Below are positions 1 to 10,298 of a DNA stretch of 64,000 bases, one piece after another. A program made the translations under genes and the position numbers. The DNA is from an uncultured delta proteobacterium. GTDB taxonomy: Bacteria > Myxococcota > Myxococcia > Myxococcales > Anaeromyxobacteraceae. The stretch covers positions 480,001-544,000 of the forward strand of contig CAWFDF010000004.1 of the NCBI GenBank assembly GCA_963814585.1, in the 5' to 3' direction. The notes below the pieces were generated by a model that searched no databases, was not told the DNA's origin, and saw only the letters and a list, made by a program, of their open reading frames with translations. Every line of letters starts with the position of its first letter. Position 1 is the first letter of the stretch.

Positions 1-861
1 GCCGCTCCCCTCGCTGCCCACCAGCTCGCGCAGGTTCTCCACCACGTCGTCCTGGATGGCGTCGAGGTGGGCCAGCACCTCCGGCAGGTCGGCGTAGCGG
101 AGGCGGAGCTCGGCGAGCAGGTGGCCGACGGCGGCCAGGGCCACCTCGCGCTGGAGGGCCTTGACCCGGTCGCGGGCGCGGCGCTGCAGGTCGGGCATGG
201 CGCGCAGCACCTCCTGGAGGCGCGCCTGGAGCTCCTCGACGTCGCGGCGGAAGCGCTCGCGCACCTCCGGCTCGACGGTGGCGAACTGGTCCGGCTCGAT
301 CACCTGGCCGTCCCTGGTGGGGGCGAAGGCGAAGCCCATGGGCGTGCTGAGCAGGGCCACGCCGCGAGTCGCCGCCTCGCGCTGCACCTCGGCGACGGCC
401 CGCTCGCGCTCCCCCTCCGCCTCCTTCTCGAGGAGCTGGAGGCGGGTCCGGTAGTCGCGCCCCTCGAAGGCGGCCGGGATGGCCACCCGGAGCTCGCCGG
501 CCAGGCGGTCCAGGTCACGGCGCAGCTCGGTCCCGCGCCCCGTCGGCAGCTCCACCGCGCGCGGGCGGCGCGGCTCGGCGAAGTCGTTGAGGTAGCACCA
601 GTCGGGCGGCGTGGCGGCGTCTGCGGCGGCCCGCTCCAGCATGCGCAGCACCAGCGCATGCTTGCCCACCCCGGGCGGCCCCATGGCGTAGACGTTGTAC
701 CCGCCGTGGGGCAGCGCCAGGCCGAAGCGCAGGGCCTCGGCGGCGCGGGCGTGGCCGAACGGCCCCTCCAGCTCCTCCAGGTCGGCGGTGGTCTCGAAGG
801 CCACCTCGGCGTCGAAGCCGCGCGGGCGCAGCACCTGGTGCGACAGCGGCTCGACGGCCAT
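1..861 (-). CDS. Lon-family (LonB/YcbZ-like) ATP-dependent protease, N-terminal part; runs off the left edge
   Basis: Manual translation from ATG at 861 gives MAVEPLSHQVLRP...FETTADL...GHARAAEALRFGL...GYNVYAMGRPGVGKH...PDWCYLNDFAEPRRPRAVELPTGRG, the typical N-terminal AAA region of this family. GGAG-rich RBS upstream. Absent from the ORF track because there is no stop in the window. Confidence 0.8.
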   Translation of the reverse strand, partial: MAVEPLSHQVLRPRGFDAEVAFETTADLEELEGPFGHARAAEALRFGLALPHGGYNVYAMGPPGVGKHALVLRMLERAAADAATPPDWCYLNDFAEPRRPRAVELPTGRGTELRRDLDRLAGELRVAIPAAFEGRDYRTRLQLLEKEAEGERERAVAEVQREAATRGVALLSTPMGFAFAPTRDGQVIEPDQFATVEPEVRERFRRDVEELQARLQEVLRAMPDLQRRARDRVKALQREVALAAVGHLLAELRLRYADLPEVLAHLDAIQDDVVENLRELVGSEGSG

Positions 862-919
862 GGGCTCTCCCTCCTCCGGCTCCTGGGCTTCCTGGCGGCC
901 TCCCGGCGCGGTGCGCTCC

Positions 920-1354
920 TCAGCGGGCGGCGGCGCGAACCGTCAGGACGGGCACGGGCGAGAGCCGGACCACGCGCTCGGCCACGCTCCCCAGCATGGC
1001 GTGGACCAGCCCGCGCCGGCCGTGGGTCCCGAGCACGATCAGGTCCGCCTCCGCCCCGGCCGCCGCGGCCAGGATCTCCTCCCAGGCCGTGCCCATCCGG
1101 AGCACCCGCCGTGCCTCCGGGCAGCGATGGCGGACCGTGGCCAGCAGCGCGTCGAGCCGCAGCTCGTCCGCATCCGTGATGGCCTTGATCAGGTCGACCG
1201 GTGGGACGGTCTCGGGGAGGACCGGCAGCTCGCAGACGTGCACCACGGTGAAGGCGGCCCCGTCCTGCCTGACGATGGCGATGGCGAGCTCGACCGCCGC
1301 GGCGGAGGCCTCGCTGAAGTCGGTGGCCAGCACGACGTTCTTGAAGACGCCCAT
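920..1354 (-). CDS. Universal stress protein (UspA family)
   Basis: MGVFKNVVLATDFSEAS...ADLIVLGTHGRRG...LGSVAERVVRLSPVPVLTV; canonical USP motifs; [12 protein letters not shown]. Confidence 0.93.
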   Translation of the reverse strand: MGVFKNVVLATDFSEASAAAVELAIAIVRQDGAAFTVVHVCELPVLPETVPPVDLIKAITDADELRLDALLATVRHRCPEARRVLRMGTAWEEILAAAAGAEADLIVLGTHGRRGLVHAMLGSVAERVVRLSPVPVLTVRAAAR

Positions 1355-1551
1355 GGCTCCCTCCCTTCGGCCCTGCGCAGGATCTTGCTCCTCGCGGTGG
1401 CCAGGGGATGGCGCCGTCACCAGCGAAAGTTGGGTGCGGCAGATCGCCCCGGCAGCGAGGCGGCCAGGGGCACGCATCGACCCACGCCTGCGGTGGCCCC
1501 GGCACGGCCCGCCGGCGCGCGCCACGGCCAGGATCCGGCCGAGCGCCGGCA

Positions 1552-1848
1552 CTAGGGGACGTCGATGGTCTCGTACGTCGAGACCTCGCGGGACTCGAGG
1601 AGCTGGATGGCCTGTCCGAAGACGTGCTCCTGGAAGTGGGCGCTCGCCTTGTGGTCCTCGTAGGCCTTGGCGCTGGTGTACTGCTCGTAGAGGAGGAACC
1701 TGGTCGGGTCCTGGAGCGAGACCTGGGCCTGGTAGGCGAGGTTCCCGGGTTCCCGCCGGGAGAGCCGGGTCATGATCCCGATGATCTCCCGGATCCGCCC
1801 CTCCTCCCCGGGCCTGGCTTTCCAGGCGGCGATGACGACGAAGGCCAT
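1552..1848 (-). CDS. Antibiotic biosynthesis monooxygenase (ABM) / putative quinol monooxygenase
   Basis: 98 aa with SRREPGNLAY...DPTRFLLYEQY...[19 protein letters not shown]. Confidence 0.88.
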   Translation of the reverse strand: MAFVVIAAWKARPGEEGRIREIIGIMTRLSRREPGNLAYQAQVSLQDPTRFLLYEQYTSAKAYEDHKASAHFQEHVFGQAIQLLESREVSTYETIDVP

Positions 1849-1872
1849 GTGGTCTCCTCCTCGATCCGGGGC

Positions 1873-2709
1873 TCAGTGCCCCCACGTCTTCTCGCCCGCC
1901 TCGACCCGCACCGGCAGGACGTTCCGAGGCAGCGGCAGCGGGCAGGTGGCGTACGGCGAGAAGGCGCAGGGCGGGTTGTAGGCCCGGTTGAAGTCGAGCA
2001 CCACCAGCCCGTCCTTCGGCGCCGCCGCCGAGAGGAACCGCCCCGCCCCGTAGGTCTCGCGCGGAGCCGTCCGATCCTTGAAGACGAAGAAGAGCGACTC
2101 GCCGTCGAGCGTCGGCTCGAGCGAGTGCTCGGCGCCGTCGACCGTGAACCAGGCCCGCCCCGGCGCCTGCTCCCGGGTCGGGATCCCGACCACGCTCGGC
2201 ACCTCCACCTCCCTCGGCGCGGGGTACGGCTCCCAGCGCGCCACCACGCGCCAGCGCGGGTCCAGCGGGAAGGTGTCGATGCCGGTGAACTGCCGGCGCA
2301 CCGGGCTCTCGGCGTCCCAGACCCGGAGCGCCAGCTTGCCGCCCCGCTCGATCACCTGGGCCGTCCGGCTCCCGGTCGAGACCCGGTCGGGCGACCCGTC
2401 GCGATCCGACGCCAGCACCCGCGAGGTCACCGGCGCACCGCCCAGGGTCCAGCCGTCGGCCGCCGCGGCCGTGAGCGTCACCTTCCCGCCCGCCACGGTG
2501 AGGACGCCGGGGAGCCCGGCGATCCGGTTCTCTCCGTCCTTCAGCCAGTGGAGGCCGGAGAGCGCCAGCCAGCCCTGCGGCTTCTGCAGGGAGGCCAGCC
2601 GCCTGGAGCGCCAGTCCCGCCACTCCGCCTCGAAGGCGGCGGCGGACGGCGCGGGGGGACCGGCGGCGAGCAGCAGCGCGGTGGCCAGCAGGAGGTCGGA
2701 CGCGGGCAT
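1873..2709 (-). CDS. DUF1684 family exported protein
   Basis: Signal-peptide-like N-terminus; GWLALSGLHWL, FKDRT...ETYGAGRFL, LDFNRAYNPPCAFSPYATCPLP motifs. Confidence 0.88.
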   Translation of the reverse strand: MPASDLLLATALLLAAGPPAPSAAAFEAEWRDWRSRRLASLQKPQGWLALSGLHWLKDGENRIAGLPGVLTVAGGKVTLTAAAADGWTLGGAPVTSRVLASDRDGSPDRVSTGSRTAQVIERGGKLALRVWDAESPVRRQFTGIDTFPLDPRWRVVARWEPYPAPREVEVPSVVGIPTREQAPGRAWFTVDGAEHSLEPTLDGESLFFVFKDRTAPRETYGAGRFLSAAAPKDGLVVLDFNRAYNPPCAFSPYATCPLPLPRNVLPVRVEAGEKTWGH

Positions 2710-2718
2710 CGGGGGATT

Positions 2719-3684
2719 CTAGCGCGCCAGCCCCGCCACCGCCTCGGCCGGGAGCCGGGCCGGCGCCCTCGGGACCCGGGCCCAGGAGAAGGCCTCCACC
2801 AGCTCGCTCGCCAGGCAGCGCGTCCCCGCCGGCGCCAGGCCGCAGCTGGTGGCCAGCAGGCCGACCACCGCCTCCGGCGCCGCGCCCGCCTCACGCAGCT
2901 CGCCCAGCGACCTGGCCCCGTGGCGCTTGGCCAGCCGCTCGCCGTCGTCGCCCACCACCAGCGGCACGTGGGCGAAGCGCGGCGCCGGCAGCCCGAGCGC
3001 CCTGTCCAGCAGCAGCTGGCGCGCCGTGGACGGGAGCAGGTCATCGCCGCGCACCACGTCGGTGATCTCCATGGCGGCGTCGTCCGCCACCACCGCCAGC
3101 TGGTAGGCGGCGATCCCGTCGGCCCGCATCACCACGAAGTCGCCGGTGGTGGCCGCCACGTCGAAGCGGCAGGCCCCGTGGACGGCATCGTCGAAGTCCA
3201 CGCGGCCCGGCTCGACCCGGAGCCGCCAGGCCGGCGGGCGGGACGCCGAGCGGCGGCTCACCTCGGCCGGTGAGAGGTCCCGGCAGGTGCCGGGATAGCG
3301 CGGCCCCTCGTCGTCCGGCCCGTGCGGTGCCCGGGCGGCCGCGGCGATCTCGGCGCGGGAGCAGAAGCAGGGGTAGGCCCGGCCGGCCTCCCGCAGCCGC
3401 CGCAGCGCCGCCTGGTAGCGTCCCGCCAGCTCGGACTGCCGGTACGGTCCGCGCCGCCCCCCCACGTCGGGCCCCTCGTCCCAGCCGAGGCCAAGCCAGC
3501 GCAGCTCGTCGAGCAGGCGCGCCTCCATGCCGGGCCTGACGCGCGGTACGTCCAGGTCCTCGACCCGCATCACCAGCGTGCCGCGGGCCGCCCGGGCCGC
3601 CAGCCAGGCCAGCAGCGCGGTGCGGGCGTTGCCGAGGTGGAGGGGGCCGGTGGGGCTCGGGGCGAAGCGGCCGCGGTACGTCAT
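2719..3684 (-). CDS. gluQ: Glutamyl-Q tRNA(Asp) synthetase
   Basis: GRFAPSPTGPLHLGN, EDLD, YPCFCSR...YPGTCR Zn motif, VVRGDDLL, RLAKR; 321 aa with no anticodon-binding domain. Confidence 0.92.
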   Translation of the reverse strand: MTYRGRFAPSPTGPLHLGNARTALLAWLAARAARGTLVMRVEDLDVPRVRPGMEARLLDELRWLGLGWDEGPDVGGRRGPYRQSELAGRYQAALRRLREAGRAYPCFCSRAEIAAAARAPHGPDDEGPRYPGTCRDLSPAEVSRRSASRPPAWRLRVEPGRVDFDDAVHGACRFDVAATTGDFVVMRADGIAAYQLAVVADDAAMEITDVVRGDDLLPSTARQLLLDRALGLPAPRFAHVPLVVGDDGERLAKRHGARSLGELREAGAAPEAVVGLLATSCGLAPAGTRCLASELVEAFSWARVPRAPARLPAEAVAGLAR

Positions 3685-3778
3685 CGGATCTGGAGCCCCG
3701 CAGGAGGAGTGGCGTCAGCGCCATTCGACTGATATCCCACGGGTGGCGGGCGCTCAAGCGCCCATCCCTCGAGCCACC

Positions 3779-5341
3779 ATGCCACGCACCGCCGGCGTCC
3801 TCATCCCGCTCTTCTCCCTGCGCTCCGCGACCGACTGGGGCGTCGGCGAGATCCCCGACCTGGTGCCCTTCGCCCGCTGGTCCTCCAACGCCGGCATCCG
3901 CGTGGTGCAGGTGCTGCCGGTGGCCGAGGCCGCGCGCGGCCAGAACTCCCCGTACGCGGCCCTCTCCGCCTTCGCCATCGATCCGGTCTACCTGGCCGTC
4001 GACGCGCTGGAGGACTTCGCGGCCGCCGGCGGCCACGACGCGCTCGCGCCGGCCGATCGCAGGCTGCTGGCCGAGGTGCGAGCCTCGCCGACGGTCCGGT
4101 GGGACGCGGTGCGGGGCTTGAAGACCCGGGCGCTGGAGCTGGCCTTCCAGGCCTTCGTCCTGGAGCAGTGGCAGCGCAAGACGCGCCGCGCCCGGGAGCT
4201 GGAGCGGTTCGCCCGCGAGCAGGCGGCCTGGATCGACGACTACGCCCTCTTCGTCTCCATCCACGACGAGACCATGGGCGGGCGGAGCTGGCTCGAGTGG
4301 CCGGCGCCGCTGCGCGACCGCGATCCCGGCGTGCTGGCCGACACCCGCGCCCAGCTGAGCGAGCGAGTGCTCTTCCGCGTCTGGCTGCAGTGGCTCTGCG
4401 ATCGCCAGTGGCACGCCGCGCGCCGCGCCGCCAACGCGGTGGGGGTGGAGCTGGCCGGCGACATCCCCTTCATGGTGGCCCCCGACTCGGCCGACGTCTG
4501 GGCGCGGCGCCTCGACTTCCGGCTCGACGCCCGCGTCGGCGTGCCCCCCGACGCCTTCAGCGCCACCGGCCAGGACTGGGGACTGCCGGTCTACCGGTGG
4601 GCCGACATGGAGGCGGGCGGCCACGTCTGGATGACCGCCCGCGCCGAGCGCATGGCGGATCTGTACGGCCTCTACCGCGTCGACCACGTGGTCGGGCTCT
4701 ACCGCACCTACTACTTCCCCGGCGACGGCTCGCCGGCGGCCTTCGTCCCCGCCGACGAGCCGGCGCAGATCGCCAACGGCGAGCGGATGATGGCCCTCTT
4801 CTCCCGGCGAGCGCGGGTGATCGCCGAGGACCTCGGCGTGGTCCCGGACTTCATCCGGCGCTCGCTCGACCGGCTCGCCATCCCGGGCTACCGGGTCCAG
4901 CGCTGGGAGCGCGACTGGGACCTCCCGGGCCAGCCCTTCCGCGACCCGGCCGAATGGCCCGAGGTGTCGGTGGCCACCACCGGCACCCACGACACCGACG
5001 CGCTGGCCGACTGGTACGAGTCGCTCGGGGACGCCGACCGGCGGGCGCTGCTGGCCCTCCCCGGACTGGCCTCGCTCCGCGGGCGGGCCCCGGCCCGCTT
5101 CGACGACGGCGTCCGGGACGCGCTGCTGGAGCTGCTCTACGCCTCCAGGTCGGACCTGCTGCTGCTGCCGTTCCAGGACCTGCTCGGCCACCGCGAGCGG
5201 GTCAACGTGCCCGGCACGGTGAACGACCAGAACTGGACCTACCGGATGCCCACCACGCTCTCCCGGCTCCTCGCCGATCCCGGGCCACGCCGCCGCCTGC
5301 GCAGCCTCGCCGAGCGCCACGGCCGGATCCCTTCGCGCTGA
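3779..5341 (+). CDS. malQ: 4-alpha-glucanotransferase (amylomaltase, GH77)
   Basis: RTAGVLIPLFSL, SPYAALSAFA, GDIPF, GVPPDAFSATGQDWGLP, RVDHVVG, IAEDLG, TGTHD, RVNVPGT...NW. Confidence 0.93.
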   Translation: MPRTAGVLIPLFSLRSATDWGVGEIPDLVPFARWSSNAGIRVVQVLPVAEAARGQNSPYAALSAFAIDPVYLAVDALEDFAAAGGHDALAPADRRLLAEVRASPTVRWDAVRGLKTRALELAFQAFVLEQWQRKTRRARELERFAREQAAWIDDYALFVSIHDETMGGRSWLEWPAPLRDRDPGVLADTRAQLSERVLFRVWLQWLCDRQWHAARRAANAVGVELAGDIPFMVAPDSADVWARRLDFRLDARVGVPPDAFSATGQDWGLPVYRWADMEAGGHVWMTARAERMADLYGLYRVDHVVGLYRTYYFPGDGSPAAFVPADEPAQIANGERMMALFSRRARVIAEDLGVVPDFIRRSLDRLAIPGYRVQRWERDWDLPGQPFRDPAEWPEVSVATTGTHDTDALADWYESLGDADRRALLALPGLASLRGRAPARFDDGVRDALLELLYASRSDLLLLPFQDLLGHRERVNVPGTVNDQNWTYRMPTTLSRLLADPGPRRRLRSLAERHGRIPSR

Positions 5342-5350
5342 GGTGCGGCC

Positions 5351-5791
5351 ATGCCGGGGAGCTTCTACCTGATCCGTCACGCCCGGGCCGAGAAGGACGC
5401 CCCGGGCGGTGACGCCGGACGCGCCCTCACCCCCGCCGGACGCGACGCCTTCCGCGAGACGGTGACCTCGCTGGCCGGCCGGCTCCAGGTCAGGCACATC
5501 CACGCCAGCCCGGTCCTGCGCGCCCGCCAGACCGGCGACCTGCTGGCGGCCCTCACCGGCGCCCCGCTCGAGGAGGAGGAGGAGCTGGCCAGCGGCGCGT
5601 CCTCCGGGCGCAGGCTCCTGCGGCTCGGCGAGGAGCTGGGGGCCGGCGCGGCGCTCATCGGCCACAACCCCGAGGTGGGGGAGGCCATCGCGCTGGCCGC
5701 TGGCCACCGGGTCGACGTGCCCCCCGGGACCGTCGCCGCCATCGGCCTCGACGGCCGGCTGGCCTGGCTGGCCCACCCGGGCGGAAGCTGA
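5351..5791 (+). CDS. SixA-like histidine phosphatase
   Basis: YLIRHARAE, RALTPAG, SPVLRARQT, LIGHNP motifs. Confidence 0.85.
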   Translation: MPGSFYLIRHARAEKDAPGGDAGRALTPAGRDAFRETVTSLAGRLQVRHIHASPVLRARQTGDLLAALTGAPLEEEEELASGASSGRRLLRLGEELGAGAALIGHNPEVGEAIALAAGHRVDVPPGTVAAIGLDGRLAWLAHPGGS

Positions 5792-5824
5792 GTGGCCCGC
5801 CCCGGCGCTGCTATGCTCGGCGCC

Positions 5825-7393
5825 GTGACCGACTCCGCCCCGCCCGCCCCTCCGGCGCCCGCCGCCGCCGCGCCGCCCGACTTCGTCCAGGAGCTCGACG
5901 TCCTGGTGCGGGCCCGGTACCCGCTGGTCTGGCTGGTCACCTCCGAGGAGCAGCGGCTCGAGGGGCTCCTCGGGGAGCTGGCGGCGCGCCACGGCAAGGC
6001 CCTGCACGGCTGGTCGGTGACCCGCGGCTTCCGCCGGCTCGGCGGCGCGCGCACCAGGCCGCCGCCCGAGGCGCTCCGCGAGCCGGTGGCCGCGCTGCAG
6101 GCCATCGAGCAGCTGGCCGACTCCTCGATGGTGGTGCTGGAGGACTTCCACGCCTTCCTCGGTGACCCGGCGGTGGTCCGCGCGCTGCGCGACCTGGCCC
6201 ACGCCCTGAAGTCCACCTACACCACGGTCCTCATCGTCTCCCCGTCCCTCACCATCCCGCCCGAGCTGGAGAAGGAGATCACCGTCCTCGACGTGCCGCT
6301 CCCCACCGCGCGCGACCTCCTGGCGCTGCTCCGGGAGATCGTCACGGTGGTCCGGCAGGACGGCAGCTCCAAGGTGGACCTGACCAAGGACGACGCCGAG
6401 CAGCTGGTCCGCGCCGCGCTCGGACTCACGCTGTCGGAGGCGGAGAACGCCTTCGCCAAGGCCATCGCCAGCGACGGGCGGCTCTCCCGGGACGACGTCA
6501 AGCTGGTGCTGGAGGAGAAGCGCCAGGTCATCCGCAAGAGCGGGCTCCTGGAGTACTTCGCCCCCGACCTCTCGCTCGCCGGCGTGGGGGGGCTCGAGCT
6601 CCTCAAGGGCTGGCTCACCCGGCGCGGCCACGCCTTCTCCGAGGCGGCCCGCCGCTTCGGGCTGCCCGAGCCGAAGGGCCTCCTGCTGCTCGGGGTGCAG
6701 GGGTGCGGCAAGAGCCTCACCGCCAAGGCCATCGCCGCCACCTGGCGGATGCCCCTCCTGCGGCTCGACATGGGGCGGATCTTCTCCGGCCTGGTCGGCT
6801 CGTCGGAGGAGAACCTGCGCCGCGCCATCCACGTGGCCGAGAGCGTGGCCCCGGTGGTGCTCTGGATCGACGAGATCGAGAAGGGGCTCTCCGGCGTCGG
6901 CTCGTCGGGCTCCGTCGACGGCGGCGTCACCGCCCGCGTCTTCGGGACCCTCCTCACCTGGCTGCAGGAGAAGACCGCGCCGGTCTTCGTGGTGGCCACC
7001 GCCAACCGGATCGACCTGCTGCCCCCCGAGCTGCTGCGCAAGGGGCGGTTCGACGAGATCTTCTTCATCGACCTGCCGGCCTCGGCGGAGCGTCACGAGA
7101 TCCTGCGAATCCACGTGGCCGCGCGGAAGCGGGACCCGGGCCGCTACGACCTGGCCGCGCTGGCGCGGGCGGCGGCCGGCTTCAGCGGCTCCGAGCTGGA
7201 GCAGCTGGTGGTGGCGGCCCTGCACGACGCCTTCGCCGAGGGCGGGGAGCTGGAGCAGCGCCACCTGGAGCGGGCCGTCGCCGAGGCCCGGCCGCTCTCG
7301 ATCACCATGCGCGAGGAGATCGGCCGGCTGCGCGACTGGGCCGCCACCCGGACCCGCCCGGCATCGGCCCCGGCCCCCGAGGCGTCCCCGTGA
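5825..7393 (+). CDS. Ycf46-like AAA+ ATPase
   Basis: N-terminal degenerate AAA module ([14 protein letters not shown]), Walker A GVQGCGKS, Walker [13 protein letters not shown]...[23 protein letters not shown] 5825 chosen because TATGCT lies 7 nt upstream; ATG 5813 is an alternative. Confidence 0.88.
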   Translation: MTDSAPPAPPAPAAAAPPDFVQELDVLVRARYPLVWLVTSEEQRLEGLLGELAARHGKALHGWSVTRGFRRLGGARTRPPPEALREPVAALQAIEQLADSSMVVLEDFHAFLGDPAVVRALRDLAHALKSTYTTVLIVSPSLTIPPELEKEITVLDVPLPTARDLLALLREIVTVVRQDGSSKVDLTKDDAEQLVRAALGLTLSEAENAFAKAIASDGRLSRDDVKLVLEEKRQVIRKSGLLEYFAPDLSLAGVGGLELLKGWLTRRGHAFSEAARRFGLPEPKGLLLLGVQGCGKSLTAKAIAATWRMPLLRLDMGRIFSGLVGSSEENLRRAIHVAESVAPVVLWIDEIEKGLSGVGSSGSVDGGVTARVFGTLLTWLQEKTAPVFVVATANRIDLLPPELLRKGRFDEIFFIDLPASAERHEILRIHVAARKRDPGRYDLAALARAAAGFSGSELEQLVVAALHDAFAEGGELEQRHLERAVAEARPLSITMREEIGRLRDWAATRTRPASAPAPEASP

Positions 7394-8151
7394 GCGAGCA
7401 GCGTCGCGATCGCTTCCGCCGGCTGGAGCGGCCTCGCGCCGCCGGGCCGGACGGCGCCCCGGCCTCGCCCGGGACCGACGCCCGCATCGAGGCGGTCCGC
7501 GGCCCCGGGGAGACCGGTGCGCCGGGGTCGGTCGAGGCCGGAGCCGCCGGCCACCTCGACCGGTTCCGGCCCGCGTCCGAGCGGGAGCTCGAGCTCGAGC
7601 CGGACGACGACGCCCAGCCCTTCCTGCGCTGCGCCGCCTGCGAGACCGACAGCTTCCGCCACGCCGCCACCTGCACCACCTGCGGCGCCGACCTCACGAC
7701 CGAGCCGCAGCGCCTCTTCAACCAGCGCCTCTGGGCGGCCCGCCAGGCCGAGGCCGCCGCCGAGGCCGAGGCCATCGCGGCCAGGAAGGCCCTGCTCGAC
7801 GCCGATCGCGCGCAGGAGGGCGCGCTCCGCCGCCGCGCCGCCGAGACGCTGGCCCGCGAGGTGGGCGACGCGGAGCGGCGGCGGCTGGAGCGGGAGGGCT
7901 TCGGATCGGGCTGGAGCGGCGCGCCTCCGGCCGACCGGACCGGGGACGCTCCGCCTCCCGGCCTCCCACCCGCCATCCGGTGGCTCCGGCTCCTGCCGGC
8001 GGGCTGGCCGGTGCCGGCCGGCGTCGCCCTGATGCTGCTGCCCGTCCTGCTCTACGCCGCCTCGCCGGCGGCCGGGCTGGTGGCCGGGGCGGTGGTCTTC
8101 GCGCTCTTCACCCCGCCCGGCTGGCGCTGGCGCCAGCGTCCGCGCCCGTGA
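7390..8151 (+). CDS. Hypothetical membrane protein with Zn-ribbon (CxxC...CxxC) and coiled coil
   Basis: GTGA overlap with the ATPase stop; CAAC...CTTC; two C-terminal hydrophobic segments. Confidence 0.7.
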   Translation: MSEQRRDRFRRLERPRAAGPDGAPASPGTDARIEAVRGPGETGAPGSVEAGAAGHLDRFRPASERELELEPDDDAQPFLRCAACETDSFRHAATCTTCGADLTTEPQRLFNQRLWAARQAEAAAEAEAIAARKALLDADRAQEGALRRRAAETLAREVGDAERRRLEREGFGSGWSGAPPADRTGDAPPPGLPPAIRWLRLLPAGWPVPAGVALMLLPVLLYAASPAAGLVAGAVVFALFTPPGWRWRQRPRP

Positions 8152-8289
8152 AGGCGCCGCCGCAGGGCTCCATCCCGGCCGGAGACGCCGAGACCTCCGA
8201 CTTCGCTTGATCTCCCCCCGGCGATTGGCGAATCTCCGTCGCTCACGCCGGCCGAGGCTGGTCCACGGCCCGCCTTCCTGGAGGACGCA

Positions 8290-10288
8290 GTGCCCAATGC
8301 GAGTCCCGAGCTGGCCGAGCGAGCGGTCAACACCATCCGCATGCTCTCGGCGGACGCCGTCCAGCAGGCCAACAGCGGCCACCCGGGCATGCCCATGGGC
8401 GCGGCCGACATGGCCTTCGTGCTCTGGACCAGGCACCTCCGCTTCGATCCGGCCGAGCCGCGCTGGCCCGGGCGCGACCGGTTCCTGCTCTCGGCCGGCC
8501 ACGGGTCGGCCCTGCTCTACTCGCTGCTCCACCTCCACGGCTTCGACTGCACGCTCGACGACCTGAGGCAGTTCCGCCAGCTCGGCTCCCGCACCGCGGG
8601 CCACCCGGAGTTCGGCCACCTCCCCGGCGTCGAGATCACCAGCGGCCCGCTCGGCCAGGGGTTCGCCAACGGCGTCGGCTTCGCGCTCGGCCAGGCCATG
8701 CTCTCGGCCAGGCTGGGGGCGGGCAACCCGCTGGCCGACCACGTCACCTACGCCATCGTCTCCGACGGCGACCTGATGGAGGGGGTGGCCTCCGAGGCGG
8801 CCAGCTTCGCCGGTCACCACCGGCTCGGCCGGCTCGTCTACCTCTACGACGACAACGGCATCACCATCGACGGGAACACCGGCATCACCTTCGCCGGCGA
8901 GGACGTCACCCGGCGCTTCGAGGCCTACGGCTGGCACGTGCAGTCGGTGGGCGGGCGCGACCACGCCGCCATCGACGGGGCCATCGAGGCGGCCAAGGCC
9001 GACCCGCGCCCGTCGCTCATCCGCGTCAAGACCGTGATCGGCTACGGGTCGCCCAGGAAGGCCGGCACCTCCGGCGCCCACGGCGCCCCGCTCGGCGACG
9101 AGGAGCTGAAGGCCACCAAGGAGGCGCTGGGCTGGCCGGTGGAGCCGCGCTTCCTGGTCCCCGACGACGTCCGCGCCTTCTTCGGCCAGGTGGTGGCCGG
9201 GAAGCAGGCGCAGAAGCGGGCCTGGGCCGGCGAAGGCCGACGCCTGGCGCACGCAGCACCCGGTCGAGTCGGCGCTGCTCGACGCCCACCTCACCCGCTG
9301 GGTGCCGGCCCGCATCCAGGACCGGCTGCTGGAGGCCGGCCCCGGCGCCGACGCCACCCGCAAGCTCTCGGCGGCCGCCCTCAACCTGGCGGCTCCCGTC
9401 GTGCCCTCGCTGGTGGGCGGCTCGGCCGACCTGGCCGAGTCGAACCTCACCGAGATCAAGGGGGCGGGCGGCTTCTCGCCCTCCAGGCCCGACGGGCGCA
9501 ACATCCACTTCGGCATCCGCGAGCACGCCATGGGGGCCATCGCCAACGGCCTCGCCTACGACGGGCTCCACATCCCCTTCGTCGCCACCTTCCTCCAGTT
9601 CGCCGACTACATGCGGCCGGCGGTGCGGCTGGCGGCGCTGGCCAGGCTCCAGGTCGTCTACGTCTGGACCCACGACTCGATCTTCCTCGGCGAGGACGGT
9701 CCCACCCATCAGCCCGTCGAGCACCTCACCTCGCTCCGCTGCATCCCCAACCTGCACGTGGTGCGGCCGGTGGACGGCGAGGAGGTGGCGGTCGCCTGGG
9801 CTCACGCCCTGACGCGGCGGGACGGCCCGACGGCGCTCGTCCTCACCCGGCAGAAGCTGGCGCCGGTGGTGCGCGACGGCGGCTTCGACGCCGCCAAGGC
9901 CGCCCGCGGCGGCTACGTGGTGTCGGCGCCGGCCGGGGCCCGCTTCACGGTGATCGCCACCGGCAGCGAGGTGCCGCTGGCCGCGGCGGCGCTGGAGCTG
10001 CTGGCGAGGCAGGGGCTCCCCGGCCGGCTGGTCTCCATGCCCTGCCTGCAGTGCTTCCAGGCGCAGGACCAGGCCTGGCGGGACGAGGTGATCCCGCCCG
10101 GACTCCCGGTCGCCGCGGTGGAGGCGGCGGTCGGGCTGGAGTGGTGGAAGCTGACCGGGCGCGACGGGCTGGTGATCGGCATCGACCGGTTCGGCGCCTC
10201 CGCCCCGGAGAAGGCCCTGGCCGACGCCTTCGGCTTCACGCCCACCAAGGTGGCCGAGCGGCTGGAGAAGTGGGCGAGGAGCCGCTAG
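8290..10288 (+). CDS. tkt: Transketolase, interrupted by one +1 frameshift at about 9229
   Basis: [33 protein letters not shown] in frame 1; [41 protein letters not shown] in frame 2. Removing one G in TGG GCC (G) GCG AAG joins the two halves. Confidence 0.93.
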
Positions 10289-10298
10289 AACCAGATCC

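Noticed and set aside
3041..7264. Very long antisense or alternate-frame ORFs (e.g. 3041-7264, 18922-22338, 31152-34388, 55280-59218)
   Set aside because: These are shadow ORFs expected at this GC content. They overlap genes with clear family motifs and have no motifs of their own, except where they contain a true gene such as rsmE at the 3' end.
9220..9240. Programmed ribosomal frameshifting in tkt, tonB, TBDT or the biotin carboxylase
   Set aside because: There are no slippery heptamers, the shifts go in mixed directions, two shifts lie 44 bp apart in one gene, and unrelated genes are affected. Sequencing error is the simpler explanation.
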